Source: the human T2T-CHM13v2.0 reference genome, Homo sapiens
Strand: one strand, 5' to 3'
NCBI RefSeq assembly: GCF_009914755.1
Contig: NC_060948.1
Length of the DNA: 64,000 nt
Made by a program: the position numbers and the translations under genes. The notes beneath the pieces were generated by a model. The model searched no databases. It saw nothing but the letters and a program-made list of their open reading frames with translations, and was not told where the DNA came from. Below are positions 43,301-58,901 of the stretch, piece after piece; the first letter of the stretch is position 1; the number at the start of each line of letters is the position of its first letter.

Positions 43301-46300
43301 CTGGAATCAAACGGAATGGAATGCAATGCAATCAAATGGCATGGAATAAAATAGAATGAAAGAGAATCAAATGGAATTGAATCGAATGGAATCGAATGGA
43401 TTGGAAAGGAATAGAATGGAATGGAATGGAATTGACTCAAATGGAATGGACTAGAATGGAATGGATTCGAATGGAAGGCAAAGGAATGGAATCTATTGGA
43501 ATGGACTGTAATGGAATGGAATGGAAGGGATTGGAATGGACTCGAATGGAATGGACTGCAATAGAAAGGATTCGAATGGAATGAAAAAGAATTGAATGGA
43601 ATAGAACAGAATGGAATCAAATCGAATGAAATGGAATGGAATAGAAAGGAATGGAATGAAATGGAATGGAAAGGATTCGAATGGAATGCAATCGAATGGA
43701 ATGGAATCGAACGGAATGGAATAAAATGGAAGAAAACTGGCAAGAAATGGAATCGAAATGAATGGAGTGTTATGGAACGGACTCAAAAGGAATTGAATGT
43801 AATAGAATGGAGTGGAGTGGACTCGAATATAATGGACTGGAATGGAATGAAATCACATGGAATGGGAACGAATGGAATGGAATGGAAAGGAATGGAATCG
43901 AATGGAAAGGAATCGAATGGAAGGGAATGAAATTGAATCAACAGGAATGGAAGGGAATAGAATAGACGGTAATGGAATGGACTCGAATAGAATGGACACG
44001 AATGCTCAAATTGAATGGACTCGAATGGAATGGAAACGAAAGGAATGTCATCGAATGGAATTGAATCGATTGGAATGAAATCGCATAGAATGGAGTGGAA
44101 TCAAATGGAATTGAATCGAAAGGAAAGGAAGCGAATGGACTGAAATGAAATGGAATGGAATTGAATGGAAAGTAATGCAATGGAATAGAATGGAACGAAA
44201 TTTCACGGAATGGAATCAAACTGAATGGAATCAAATCAATGGAATCAAATCAAATGGAATGGAAAGGAATTGAATGGAGTAGATGGGATTGGATGGGATT
44301 GGAATGAAATGTACTGGAAAGGACTCGAATTTCATGAAACGGAATGGAATGAATTGGAACGGAATGGACTCGAATGGAATGGAATGTCATGGGATGGCAT
44401 CAAATGGAATGACATCAAATGGAATGGAATCGAATGCAATGGAATGCTATGGAATGGAATGGAATGCATTAGAATGGAATGTCCTCTAATGGAATGGATT
44501 CGAGTGGAATGGAATCGAATATAATGGAGTCGAATGAAATGGAATTGAAAGGAATGGGATCGAATACAAAGGAATATACTGGAATGTAACGTAATGAACT
44601 CGAATGTAATTGACTGGAATGGAATGTACATGAATGGAATGTAATCGAATGGAAAGTAATCGAATGGAATAGAATCTAATGCAATAAAATCGACTCAGAT
44701 AGAGTAGAATGTAATGGAATGGAGTGCAGTGCAACGGAATGGAATGGAATGGAATGCAATGGAATGGAATGGAATGGAATGGAATGGAATGGAATGGGAT
44801 GGAATGGTATGGAATGGATAGTAATGGACTGGAGTGAAATGGACTGGAAAGGAATGGACTCAAATTGAAAGGGCTCGAAAGGAATGGAGTCAAATGGAAT
44901 GGTCTGGAATGGAATGAACACGAATGTAATGCAACCCAATAGAATGGAATCGAATGGCATGGAATATAAAGAAATGGAATCGAAGAGAATGGAAACAAAT
45001 GGAATGGAATTGAATGGAATGGAATTGAATGGAATGGGAACGAATGGAGTGAAATTGTATGCAGTAGAAGAGAATAGAATGGAATGCAAGCGAAAGGAAA
45101 GGAATGGATTGGAATGGAATGGAATTCATTGGAATGGAAGGGAATGTAGTGTAATGGACAGGCCTGGAATAAAGTGGAATGCTACGGTCTCGAATGGAAT
45201 AAAAATGTATGGAATGGAATGCAATGAAACGGAATCGAATGTCATAGAATGTAATGGAATGCAAAAAAATGGAATCCAAAATCATTGACTGGAAAGGCTG
45301 GGTGTCGAAAGGAATTGACTCCAATGGAATGGAATCGAATGAAATGGAAGTGAATAGAATCGAACTAAATCGAATGGAATGGAATTGATAGGAACGGAAT
45401 GGAAAGGAATGCAATGATTTGGCATGGAATGGAATCGAATGGCATCGAATGGAATGGAATGGAATGCAATGGAATGGAATGTATTAGAATGTAATGAACT
45501 TTAATGGAATGTACTCGAATGGATTCGACTGGAATGGAATGTTCTGGAAGTGAATGGACTCCAATGGAATGGATTCCAAAGGAATGGAATCGTACGGAAT
45601 GGAATCTAATGGAATGGAATTAAATGGAAATGAATCAAATTGAATAGCACGGAATTGAATTGAATGGAATGGAATGCAATGGAATCTAATGAAACGGAAA
45701 GGAAAGGAATGGAATGGAATGGAATGGGCTGGAATGGAAAGGAATCGAAACGAATGGAATGGAATCGAAGTGAAGAGACTGCAATGGAATGCACTGGAAT
45801 GGAAAGTTCTCGAAAAAAATGGAATCGAATGGAATGGAATTGAATGGAACGGAATAGTGTCGAATGGAATTGAATGGAATGGAATGGACTAGAGTGAAAT
45901 GGAATCGAACCACAAGGAATGGACAGGAATAGAATGGTCTCGAATTGAATGGAATCGTATGGAATGGCATCAAACGGAATGGAATGGACAGCCACGGAAT
46001 GGAATGCACTCGAATGCAATGGAGTCGAAACTAATGGACTGGAATAGAATGGACTCGACTGGTACGGACTCCAATGGAATGGAATCGAATGGAAGGGAAT
46101 CGAACGGAAGGGAATCGAACGGAATGGACTCGAAGGGAAAAGACTGCAATGGAAAGGTCTCGAATTGAATGGAAATTAATGGAATGGAATGGAATCGAAT
46201 GAAATGGAGTCAAAAGGAATGGAATCGAATGGCAAGAAATCGAATGTAATGGAATCGCCAGGAATTGATGTGAACGGAACGGAATGGAATGGAATCCAAA

Positions 46301-47360
46301 GGAATGGAATAGAATGGAATGGAATCGAATGGAAAGGACTCGAATGGAAATCACTCGAATAGAATGCAATTTAATAAAATAGGATCAAATGTAATGGAAT
46401 GGAATGGAAAGGAATCGAAACGAAAGGAATGGAGACAGATGGAATGGAATGGAAGAGAGAGCAATGGTATAGAATGGAATGGAATCATCTGGAATGGAAT
46501 TGAATGGAATGGAATAATATGAAATGGAATGGAATGGAATGGAATGGAATGCCCTTGAATTAAATGGACTGGAATGGAATGGACTCAAACAGAGTGGAAT
46601 GGAAAGTGTGGAGATAGAATGGAATGAACTCCTTTGGAATGGTGTAGTTTGCAATGCAATCGACTGGCAGGGAATCAAAAGGAATGTAATCGAATGGATT
46701 GGACTGGAATGCAATGGACTCGAATAGATTGGAAACGGAATGCAAAGGAATGGAATGGAATAGTATGGAATGCAATGGAAGGGAATGGAGTGGAATAGAC
46801 TAGAGTGGAATGGAATGGACTGGAAAGCAATGCACTGGAATGGAACTTTCTTGGATGGACTGGAATCAAACGGAATGGAATGCAATGCAATCAAATGGCA
46901 TGGAATAAAATAGAATGAAAGAGAATCAAATGGAATTGAATCGAATGGAATCGAATGGATTGGAAAGGAATAGAATGGAATGGAATGGAATTGACTCAAA
47001 TGGAATGGACTAGAATGGAATGGATTCGAATGGAAGGCAAAGGAATGGAATCTATTGGAATGGACTGTAATGGAATGGAATGGAAGGGATTGGAATGGAC
47101 TCGAATGGAATGGACTGCAATAGAAAGGATTCGAATGGAATGAAAAAGAATTGAATGGAATAGAACAGAATGGAATCAAATCGAATGAAATGGAATGGAA
47201 TAGAAAGGAATGGAATGAAATGGAATGGAAAGGATTCGAATGGAATGCAATCGAATGGAATGGAATCGAACGGAATGGAATAAAATGGAAGAAAACTGGC
47301 AAGAAATGGAATCGAAATGAATGGAGTGTTATGGAACGGACTCAAAAGGAATTGAATGTA
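34320..47360 (+). repeat. Near-identical ~5-6 kb copies at 7103-bp (2-monomer) offset: ~34320-40258 and ~41423-47361
   Basis: Alleles seen only in these two copies: GCAATTGGATGG (35191/42294), CGAAAGGAAAGGAATGGAGAC, ATCACCTGG, GAACTCATTTGG. ORFs shift by exactly 7103. Identity breaks at 40259 (GTAACA) vs 47362 (GTAATA). Confidence 0.85.
34494..38057 (+). repeat. Representative canonical-length (3564 bp) monomer
   Basis: GGCC at 34494 and 38058; 3564 = 713 pentamers minus 1 nt, equal to the classical DYZ1 unit length. The same length occurs at 41597-45160 and 45161-48724. Confidence 0.88.
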
Positions 47361-50300
47361 ATAGAATGGAGTGGAGTGGACTCGAATATAATGGACTGGA
47401 ATGGAGTGAAATCACATGGAATGGGAACGAATGGAATGGAATGGAAAGGAATGGAATCGAATGGAAAGGAATCGAATGGAAGGGAATGAAATTGAATCAA
47501 CAGGAATGGGAGGGAATAGAATAGACTGTAATGGAATGGACTCGAATAGAATGGACACGAATGCTCAAATTAAATGGACTCGAATGGAATGGAAACGAAA
47601 GGAATGTCATCGAATGGAATTGAATCGATTGGAATGAAATCGCATAGAATGGAGTGGAATCAAATGGAATTGAATCGAAAGGAAAGGAAGCGAATGGACT
47701 GAAATGAAATGGAATGGAATTGAATGGAAAGTAATGCAATGGAATAGAGTGGAACGAAATTTCACGGAATGGAATCAAACTGAATGGAGTCAAATCAATG
47801 GAATCAAATCAAATGGAATGGAAAGGAATTGAATGGAGTAGATGGGATTGGATGGGATTGGAATGAAATGTACTGGAAAGGACTCGAATTTCATGAAACG
47901 GAATGGAATGAATTGGAACGGAATGGACTCGAATGGAATGGAATGTCATGGCATGGCATCAAATGGAATGGCATCAAATGGAATGGAATCGAATGCAATG
48001 GAATGCTATGGAATGGAATGGAATGCATTGGAATGGAATGTCCTCTAATGGAATGGATTCGAGTGGAATGGAATTGAATATAATGGAGTCGAATGAAATG
48101 GAATTGAAAGGAATGGGATCGAATACAATGGAATATACTGGAATGTAACGTAATGAACTCGAATGTAATTGACTGGAATGGAATGTACATGAATGGAATG
48201 TAATCGAATGGAAAGTAGTCCAATGGAATAGAATCTAATGCAATAAAATCGACTCAGATAGAGTAGAATGTAATGGAATGGAGTGCAGTGCAATGGAATG
48301 GAATGGAATGGAATGCAATGGAATGGAATGGAATGGAATGGAATGGAATGGAATGGAATGGGATGGAATGGTATGGAATGGATAGTAATGGACTGGAGTG
48401 AAATGGACTGGAAAGGAATGGACTCAAATTGAAAGGTCTCGAAAGGAATGGAGTCAAATGGAATGGTCTGGAATGGAATGAACACGAATGTAATGCAATC
48501 CAATAGAATGGAATCGAATGGCATGGAATATAAAGAAATGGAATCGAAGAGAATGGAAACAAATGGAATGAAATTGAATGGAATGGAATTGAATGGAATG
48601 TGAACGAATGGAGTGAAATTGTATGCAGTAGAAGAGAATAGAATGGAATGCAAGCAAAAGGAAAGGATTGGATTGGAATGGAATGGAATTCATTGGAATG
48701 GAAGGGAATGTAGTGTAATGGACAGGCCTGGAATAAAGTGGAATGCTACGATCTCGAATGGAATAAAAATGTATGGAATGGAATGCAATGAAACGGAATC
48801 GAATGTCATAGAATGTAATGGAATGCAAAAAAATGGAATCCAAAATCATTGAATGGAAAGGCTGGGTGTCGAAAGGAATTGACTCCAATGGAATGGAATC
48901 GAATGGAATGGAAGTGAATAGAATCGAACTAAATCGAATGGAATGGAATTGATAGGAACGGAATGGAAAGGATTGCAATGATTTGGCATGGAATGGAATC
49001 GAATGGCATCGAATGGAATGGAATGGAATGCAATGGAATGGAATGTATTAGAATGTAATGAACTTTAATGGAATGTACTCGAATGGATTCGACTGGAATG
49101 GAATGTTCTGGAAGTGAATGGACTCCAATGGAATGGATTCAAAAGGAATGGAATCGTACGGAATGGAATCTAATGGAATGGAATTAAATGGAAATGAATC
49201 AAATTGAATAGCACGGAATTGAATTGAATGGAATGGAATGCAATGGAATCTAATGAAACGGAAAGGAAAGGAATGGAATGGAATGGAATGGGCTGGAATG
49301 GAAAGGAATCGAAACGAATGGAATGGAATCGAACTGAAGAGACTGGAATGGAATGCACTGGAATGGAAGGGAGTGTAATGGAAGGTTCTCGAAAAAGATG
49401 GAATCGAATGGAATGCAATTGAATGGAACGGAATAGAGTCGAATGGAATTGAATGGAATGGAATGGACTAGAGTGAAATGGAATCGAACCACAAGGAATG
49501 GACAGGAATAGAATGGTCTCGAATTGAATGGAATCGTATGGAATGGCATCAAACGGAATGGAATGGACAGCCACGGAATGGAATGCACTCGAATGCAATG
49601 GAGTCGAAACTAATGGACTGGAATAGAATGGACTCGACTGGTACGGACTCCAATGGAATGGAATCGAATGGAAGGGAATCGAACGGAATGGACTCGAAGG
49701 GAAAAGACTGCAATGGAAAGGTCTCGAATGGAATGGAAATTAATGGAATGGAATGGAATCGAATGAAATGGAGTCAAAAGGAATGGAATCGAATGGCAAG
49801 AAATCGAATGTAATGGAATCGCAAGGAATTGATGTGAACGGAACGGAATGGAATGGAATCCAAAGGAATGGAATAGAATGGAATGGAATCGAATGGAAAG
49901 GACTCGAATGGAAATCACTCCAATAGAATGCAATTTAATAAAATAGGATCAAATGTAATAGAATGGAATGGAAAGGAATCGAAACGGAAGGAATGGAGAC
50001 AGATGGAATGGAATGGAACAGAGAGCAATGGTATAGAATGGAATGGAATCATCTGGAATGGAATTGAATGGAATGGAATAATATGAAATGGAATGGAATG
50101 GAATGGAATGGAATGCCCTTGAATTAAATGGACTGGACTCGAACAGAGTGGAATGGAAAGTGTTGAGATAGAATGGAATGGACTCCTTTGGAATGGTGTA
50201 GTATGCAATGCAATCGACTGGCAGGGAATCAAAAGGAATGTAATCGAATGGATTGGACTGGAATGCAATGGACTCGAATAGATTGGAAACGGAATGCAAA

Positions 50301-53300
50301 GGAATGGAATGGAATAGTATGGAATGCAATGGGAGGGAATGGAGTGGAATAGACTAGAGTGGAATGGAATGGACTGGAAAGCAATGGACTGGAATGGAAC
50401 TTTCTTGGATGGACTGGAATCAAACGGAATGGAATGCAATGCAATCAAATGGCATGGAATAAAATAGAATGAAAGAGAATCAAATGGAATTGAATCGAAT
50501 GGAATCGAATGGATTGGAAAGGAATAGAATGGAATGGAATGGAATTGACTCAAATGGAATGGACTAGAATGGAATGGATTCGAATGGAAGGCAAAGGAAT
50601 GGAATCTATTGGAATGGACTGTAATGGAATGGAATGGAAGGGATTGGAATGGACTCGAATGGAATGGACTGCAGTAGAAAGGACTCGAATGGAATGAAAA
50701 AGAATTGAATGGAATAGAACAGAATGGAATCAAATCGAATGAAATGGAATGGAATAGAAAGGAATGGAATGAAATGGAATGGAAAGGATTCGAATGGAAT
50801 GCAATCGAATGGAATGGAATCGAACGGAATGGAATAAAATGGAAGAAAACTGGCAAGAAATGGAATCGAAATGAATGGAGTGTTATGGAACGGACTCAAA
50901 AGGAATTGAATGTAATAGAATGGAGTGGAGTGGACTCGAATATAATAGACTGGAATGGAATGAAATCACATGGAATGGGAACGAATGGAATGGAATGGAA
51001 AGGAATGGAATCGAATGGAAAGGAATCGAATGGAAGGGAATGAAATTGAATCAACAGGAATGGAAGGGAATAGAATAGACGGTAATGGAATGGACTCGAA
51101 TAGAATGGACACGAAAGCTCAAATTGAATGGACTCGAATGGAATGGAAACGAAAGGAATGTCATCGAATGGAATTGAATCGATTGGAATGAAATCGCATA
51201 GAATGGAGTGGAATCAAGTGGAATTGAATCGAAAGGAAAGGAAGCGAATGGACTGAAATGAAATGGAATGGAATTGAATGGAAAGTAATGCAATGGAATA
51301 GAATGGAACGAAATTTCACGGAATGGAATCAAACTGAATGGAATCAAATCAATGGAATCAAATCAAATGGAATGGAATGGAATTGAATGGAGTAGATTGG
51401 ATTGGATGGGATTGGAATGAAATGTACTGGAAAGGACTCGAATTTCATGAAACGGAATGGAATGAATTGGAACGGAATGGACTCGAATGGAATGGAATGT
51501 CATGGAATGGCATCAAATGGAATGGCATCAAATGGAATGGAATCGAATGCAATGGAATGCTATGGAATGGAATGGAATGCATTGGAATGGAATGTCCTCT
51601 AATGGAATGGATTCGAGTGGAATGGAATTGAATATAATGGAGTCGAATGAAATGGAATTGAAAGGAATGGGATCGAATACAATGGAATATACTGGAATGT
51701 AACGTAATGAACTCGAATGTAATTGACTGGAATGGAATGTACATGAATGGAATGTAATCGAATGGAAAGTAATCCAATGGAATAGAATCTAATGCAATAA
51801 AATCGACTCAGATAGAGTAGAATGTAATGGAATGGAGTGCAGTGCAATGGAATGGAATGGAATGGAATGCAATGGAATGGAATGGAATGGAATGGAATGG
51901 GATGGAATGGTATGGAATGGATAGTAATGGACTGGAGTGAAATGGACTGGAAAGGAATGGACTCAAATGGAAAGGGCTCGAAAGGAATGGAGACAAATGG
52001 AATGGTCTGGAATGGAATGAACACGAATGTAATGCAATCCAATAGAATGGAGTCGAATGGCATGGAATATAAAGAAATGGAATCGAAGAGAATGGAAACA
52101 AATGGAATGGAATTGAATGGAATGGAATTGAATGGAATGGGAACGAATGGAGTGAAATTGTATGCAGTAGAAGAGAATAGAATGGAATGCAAGCGAAAGG
52201 AAAGGAATGGATTGGAATGGAATGGAATTCATTGGAATGGAAGGGAATGTAGTGTAATGGACAGGCCTGGAATAAAGTGGAATGCTACGGTCTCGAATGG
52301 AATAAAAATGTATGGAATGGAATGCAATGAAACGGAATCGAATGTCATAGAATATAATGGAATGCAAAAAAATGTAATCCAAAATCATTGACTGGAAAGG
52401 CTGGGTGTCGAAAGGAATTGACTCCAATGGAATGGAATCGAATGGAATGGAAGTGAATAGAATCGAACTAAATCGAATGGAATGGAATTTATAGGAACGG
52501 AATGGAAAGGAATGCAATGATTTGGCATGGAATGGAATCGAATGGCATCGAATGGAATGGAATGCAATTCAATGGAATGGAATGTATTAGAATATAATGA
52601 ACTTTATTGGAATGTACTCGAATGGATTCGACTGGAATGGAATGTTCTGGAAGTGAATGGACTCCAATGGAATGGATTCAAAAGGAATGGAATCGTACGG
52701 AATGGAATCTAATGGAATGGAATTAAATGGAAATGAATCAAATTGAATAGCACGGAATTGAATTGAATGGAATGGAATGCAATGGAATCTAATGAAACGG
52801 AAAGGAAAGGAATGGAATGGAATGGAATGGGCTGGAATGGAAAGGAATCGAAACGAATGGAATGGAATCGAACTGAAGAGACTGGAATGGAATGCACTGG
52901 AATGGAAGGGAGTGTAATGGAAGGTTCTCGAAAAAAATGGAATCGAATGGAATGGAATTGAATGGAACGGAATAGAGTCGAATGGAATTGAATGGAATGG
53001 AATGGACTAGAGTGAAATGGAATCGAACCACAAGGAATGGACAGGAATAGAATGGTCTCGAATTGAATGGAATCGTATGGAATGGCATCAAACGGAATGG
53101 AATGGACAGCCACGGAATGGAATGCACTCGAATGCAATGGAGTCGAAACTAATGGACTGGAATAGAATGGACTCGACTGGTACGGACTCCAATGGAATGG
53201 AATCGAATGGAAGGGAATCGAACGGAATGGACTCGAAGGGAAAAGACTGCAATGGAAAGGTCTCGAATGGAATGGAAATTAATGGAATGGAATGGAATCG

Positions 53301-55787
53301 AATGAAATGGAGTCAAAAGGAATGGATTCGAATGGCAAGAAATCGAATGTAATGGAATCGCCAGGAACTGATGTGAACGGAACGGAATGGAATGGAATCC
53401 AAAGGAATGGAATAGAATGGAATGGAATCGAATGGAAAGGACTCGAATGGAAATCACTCGAATAGAATGCAATTTAATAAAATAGGATCAAATGTAATGG
53501 AATGGAATGGAAAGGAATCGAAACGAAAGGAATGGAGACAGATGGAATGGAATGGAACAGAGAGCAATGGTATAGAATGGAATGGAATCATCTGGAATGG
53601 AATTGAATGGAATGGAATAATATGAAATGGAATGGAATGGAATGGAATGGAATGCCCTTGAATTAAATGGACTGGACTCGAACAGAGTGGAATGGAAAGT
53701 GTTGAGACAGAATGGAATGGACTCCTTTGGAATGGTCTAGTATGCAATGCAATCGACGGGCAGGGAATCAAAAGGAATGTAATGGAATGGATTGGACTGG
53801 AATGCAATGGACTCGAATAGATTGGAAACGGAATGCAAAGGAATGGATTGGAATAGTATGGAATGGAATGGAAAGGAATGGAGTGGAATAGACTAGAGTG
53901 GAATGGAATGGACTGGAAAGCAATGGACTGGAATGGAACATTCTTGAATGGACTGGAATCAAACGGAATGGAATGCAATGCAATCAAATGGCATGGAATA
54001 AAATAGAATGAAAGAGAATCAAATGGAATTGAATCGAATGGAATCGAATGGATTGGAAAGGAATAGAATGGAATGGAATGGAATTGACTCAAATGGAATG
54101 GACTAGAATGGAATGGATTCGAATGGAAGGCAAAGGAATGGAATCTATTGGAATGGACTGTAATGGAATGGAATGGAAAGGATTGGAATGGACTCGAATG
54201 GAATGGACTGCAATAGAAAGGATTCGAATGGAATGAAAAAGAATTGAATGGAATAGAACAGAATGGAATCAAATCGAATGAAATGGAATGGAATAGAAAG
54301 GAATGGAATGAAATGGAATGGAAAGGATTCGAATGGAATGCAATCGAATGGAATGGAATCGAACGGAATGGAATAAAATGGAAGAAAACTGGCAAGAAAT
54401 GGAATCGAAATGAATGGAGTGTTATGGAACGGACTCAAAAGGAATTGAATGTAATAGAATGGAGTGGAGTGGACTCGAATATAATGGACTGGAATGGAAT
54501 GAAATCACATGGAATGGGAACGAATGGAATGGAATGGAAAGGAATGGAATCGAATGGAAAGGAATCGAATGGAAGGGAATGAAACTGAATCAAAAGGAAT
54601 GGAAGGGAATAGAATAGACGGTAATGGAATGGACTCGAATAGAATGGACACGAATGCTCAAATTGAATGGACTCGAATGGAATGGAAACGAAAGGAATGT
54701 CATCGAATGGAATTGAATCGATTGGAATGAAATCGCATAGAATGGAGTGGAATCAAATGGAATTGAATCGAAAGGAAAGGAAGCGAATGGACTGAAATGA
54801 AATGGAATGGAATTGAATGGAAAGTAATGCAATGGAATAGAATGGAACGAAATTTCACGGAATGGAATCAAACTGAATGGAATCAAATCAATGGAATCAA
54901 ATCAAATGGAATGGAAAGGAATTGAATGGAGTAGATGGGACTGGATGGGATTGGAATGAAATGTACTGGAAAGGACTCGAATTTCATGAAACGGAATGGA
55001 ATGAATTGGAACGGAATGGACTCGAATGGAATGGAATGTCATGGAATGGCATCAAATGGAATGGCATCAAATGGAATGGAATCGAATGCAATGGAATGCT
55101 ATGGAATGGAATGGAATGCATTGGAATGGAATGTCCTCTATTGGAATGGATTCGAGAGGAATGGAATCGAATATAATGGAGTCGAATGAAATGGAATTGA
55201 AAGGAATGGGATCGAATACAAGGGAATATACTGGAATGTAACGTAATGAACTCGAATGTAATTGACTGGAATGGAATGTACATGAATGGAATGTAATCGA
55301 ATGGAAAGTAATCCAATGGAATAAAATCTAATGCAATAAAATCGACTCAGATAGAGTAGAATGTAATGGAATGGAGTGCAGTGCAATGGAATGGAATGGA
55401 ATGGAATGCAATGGAATGGAATGGGATGGAATGGTATGGAATGGATAGTAATGGACTGGAGTGAAATGGACTGGAAAGGAATGGACTCAAATTGAAAGGG
55501 CTCGAAAGGAATGGAGACAAACGGAATGGTCTGGAATGGAATGAACACGAATGTAATGCAATCCAATAGAATGGAGTCGAATGGCATGGAATATAAAGAA
55601 ATGGAATCGAAGAGAATGGAAACAAATGGAATGGAATTGAATGGAATGGAATTGAATGGAATGGGAACGAATGGAGTGAAATTGTATGCAGTAGAAGAGA
55701 ATAGAATGGAATGCAAGCGAAAGGAAAGGAATGGATTGGAATGGAATGGAATTCATTGGAATGGAAGGGAATGTAGTGTAATGGACA

Positions 55788-58700
55788 GGCCTGGAATAAA
55801 GTGGAATGCTACGGTCTCGAATGGAATAAAAATGTATGGAATGGAATGCAATGAAACGGAATCGAATGTCATAGAATGTAATGGAATGCAAAAAAATGGA
55901 ATCCAAATTCATTGACTGGAAAGGCTGGGTGTCGAAAGGAATTGACTCCAATGGAATGGAATCGAATGGAATGGAAGTGAATAGAATCGAACTAAATCGA
56001 ATGGAATGGAATTGATAGGAACGGAATGGAAAGGATTGCAATGATTTGGCATGGAATGGAATCGAATGGCATCGAATGGAATGGAATGGAATGCAATGGA
56101 ATGGAATGTATTAGAATGTAATGAACTTTAATGGAATGTACTCGAATGGATTCGACTGGAATGGAATGTTCTGGAAGTGAATGGACTCCAATGGAATGGA
56201 TTCCAAAGGAATGGAATCGTACGGAATGGAATCTAATGGAATGGAATTAAATGGAAATGAATCAAATTGAATAGCACGGAATTGAATTGAATGGAATGGA
56301 ATGCAATGGAATCTAATGAAACGGAAAGGAAAGGAATGGAATGGAATGGAATGGGCTGGAATGGAAAGGAATCGAAACGAATGGAATGGAATCGAACTGA
56401 AGAGACTGGAATGGAATGCACTGGAATGGAAGGGAGTGTAATGGAAGGTTCTCGAAAAAAATGGAATCGAATGGAATGGAATTGAATGGAACGGAATAGA
56501 GTCGAATGGAATTGAATGGAATGGAATGGACTAGAGTGAAATGGAATCGAACCACAAGGAATGGACAGGAATAGAATGGTCTCGAATTGAATGGAATCGT
56601 ATGGAATGGCATCAAACGGAATGGAATGGACAGCCACGGAATGGAATGCACTCGAATGCAATGGAGTCGAAACTAATGGACTGGAATAGAATGGACTCGA
56701 CTGGTACGGACTCCAATGGAATGGAATCGAATGGAAGGGAATCGAACGGAATGGACTCGAAGGGAAAAGACTGCAATGGAAAGGTCTCGAATGGAATGGA
56801 AATTAATGGAATGGAATGGAATCGAATGAAATGGAGTCAAAAGGAATGGAATCGAATGGCAAGAAATCGAATGTAATGGAATCGCAAGGAATTGATGTGA
56901 ACGGAACGGAATGGAATGGAATCCAAAGGAATGGAATAGAATGGAATGGAATCGAATGGAAAGGACTCGAATGGAAATCACTCGAATAGAATGCAATTTA
57001 ATAAAATAGGATCAAATGTAATGGAATGGAATGGAAAGGAATCGAAACGAAAGGAATGGAGACAGATGGAATGGAATGGAACAGAGAGCAATGGTATAGA
57101 ATGGAATGGAATCATCTGGAATGGAATTGAATGGAATGGAATAATATGAAATGGAATGGAATGGAATGGAATGGAATGCCCTTGAATTAAATGGACTGGA
57201 CTCGAACAGAGTGGAATGGAAAGTGTTGAGATAGAATGGAATGGACTCCTTTGGAATGGTCTAGTATGCAATGCAATCGACTGGCAGGGAATCAAAAGGA
57301 ATGTAATGGAATGGATTGGACTGGAATGCAATGGACTCGAATAGATTGGAGACGGAATGCAAAGGAATGGAATGGAATAGTATGGAATGGAAAGAAATGG
57401 AATGGAATGGATTCGAATGGAATGCAATCGAATGGAATGGAATCTAACGGAATGGAATAAAATGGAAGAAAACTGGCAAGAAATGGAATCGAAATGAGTG
57501 GAGTGTTATGGAAGGGACTCAAAAGGAATTGAATGTAATAGAATGGAGTGGAGTGGACTCGAATATAATGGACTGGAATGGAATGAAATCACATGGAATG
57601 GGAACGAATGGAATGGAATGGAAAGGAATGGAATCGAATGGAAAGGAATCGAATGGAAGGGAATGAAATTGAATCAACAGGAATGGAAGGGAATAGAATA
57701 GACGGTAATGGAATGGACTCGAATAGAATGGACACGAATGCTCAAATTAAATGGACTCGAATGGAATGGAAACGAAAGGAATGTCATCGAAAGGAATTGA
57801 ATGGATTGGAGTGAAATCGCATAGAATGGAGTGGAATCAAATGGAATTGAATCGAAAGGAAAGGAAGCGAATGGACTGAAATGAAATGGAATGGAATTGA
57901 ATGGAAACTAATGCAATGGAATAGAATGGAACGAAATTTCACGGAATGGAATCAAACTGAATGGAATCAAATCAATGGAATCAAATCAAATGGAATGGAA
58001 AGGAATTGAATGGAGTAGATGGGATTGGATGGGATTGGAATGAAATGTACTGGAAAGGACTCGAATTTCATGAAACGGAATGGAATGAATTGGAACGGAA
58101 TGGACTCGAATGGAATGGAATGTCATGGAATGGCATCAAATGGAATGGCATCAAATGGAATGGAATCGAATGCAATGGAATGCTATGGAATGGAATGGAA
58201 TGCATTGGAATGGAATGTCCTCTAATGGAATGGATTCGAGTGGAATGGAATCGAATATAATGGAGTCGAATGAAATGGAATTGAAAGGAATGGGATCGAA
58301 TACAATGGAATATACTGGAATGTAACGTAATGAACTCGAATGTAATTGACTGGAATGGAATGTACATGAATGGAATGTATTCGAATGGAAAGTAATCCAA
58401 TGGAATAGAATCTAATGCAATAAAATCGACTCATATAGAGTAGAATGTAATGGAATGGAGTGCAGTGCAATGGAATGGAATGGAATGGAATGCAATGGAA
58501 TGGAATGGAATGGAATGGAATGGAATGGAATGGAATGGGATGGAATTGTATGGAATGGATAGTAATGGACTGGATTGAAATGGACTGGAAAGGAATGGAC
58601 TCAAATTGAAAGGGCTCGAAAGGAATGGAGTCAAATGGAATGGTCTGGAATGGAATGAACACGAATGTAATGCAACCCAATAGAATGGAATCGAATGGCA

Positions 58701-58901
58701 TGGAATATAAAGAAATGGAAACGAAGAGAATGGAAACAAATGGAATGGAATTGAATGGAATGGAATTGAATGGAATGGGAACGAATGGTGTGAAATTGTA
58801 TGCAGTAGAAGAGAATAGAATGGAATGCAAGCGAAAGGAAAGGAATGGATTGGAATGGAATGGAATTCATTGGAATGGAAGGGAATGTAGTGTAATGGAC
58901 A
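55788..58901 (+). repeat. Truncated monomer (3114 bp) carrying a 440-bp internal deletion near 57385-57410
   Basis: Distance from TAGTAT to the C of AAAACTGGCAAG is 535 bp in the previous monomer (53854->54389) but 95 bp here (57378->57473). The recurrent MDWKGIE and MNGIEQN ORFs are missing in this unit. Confidence 0.92.
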
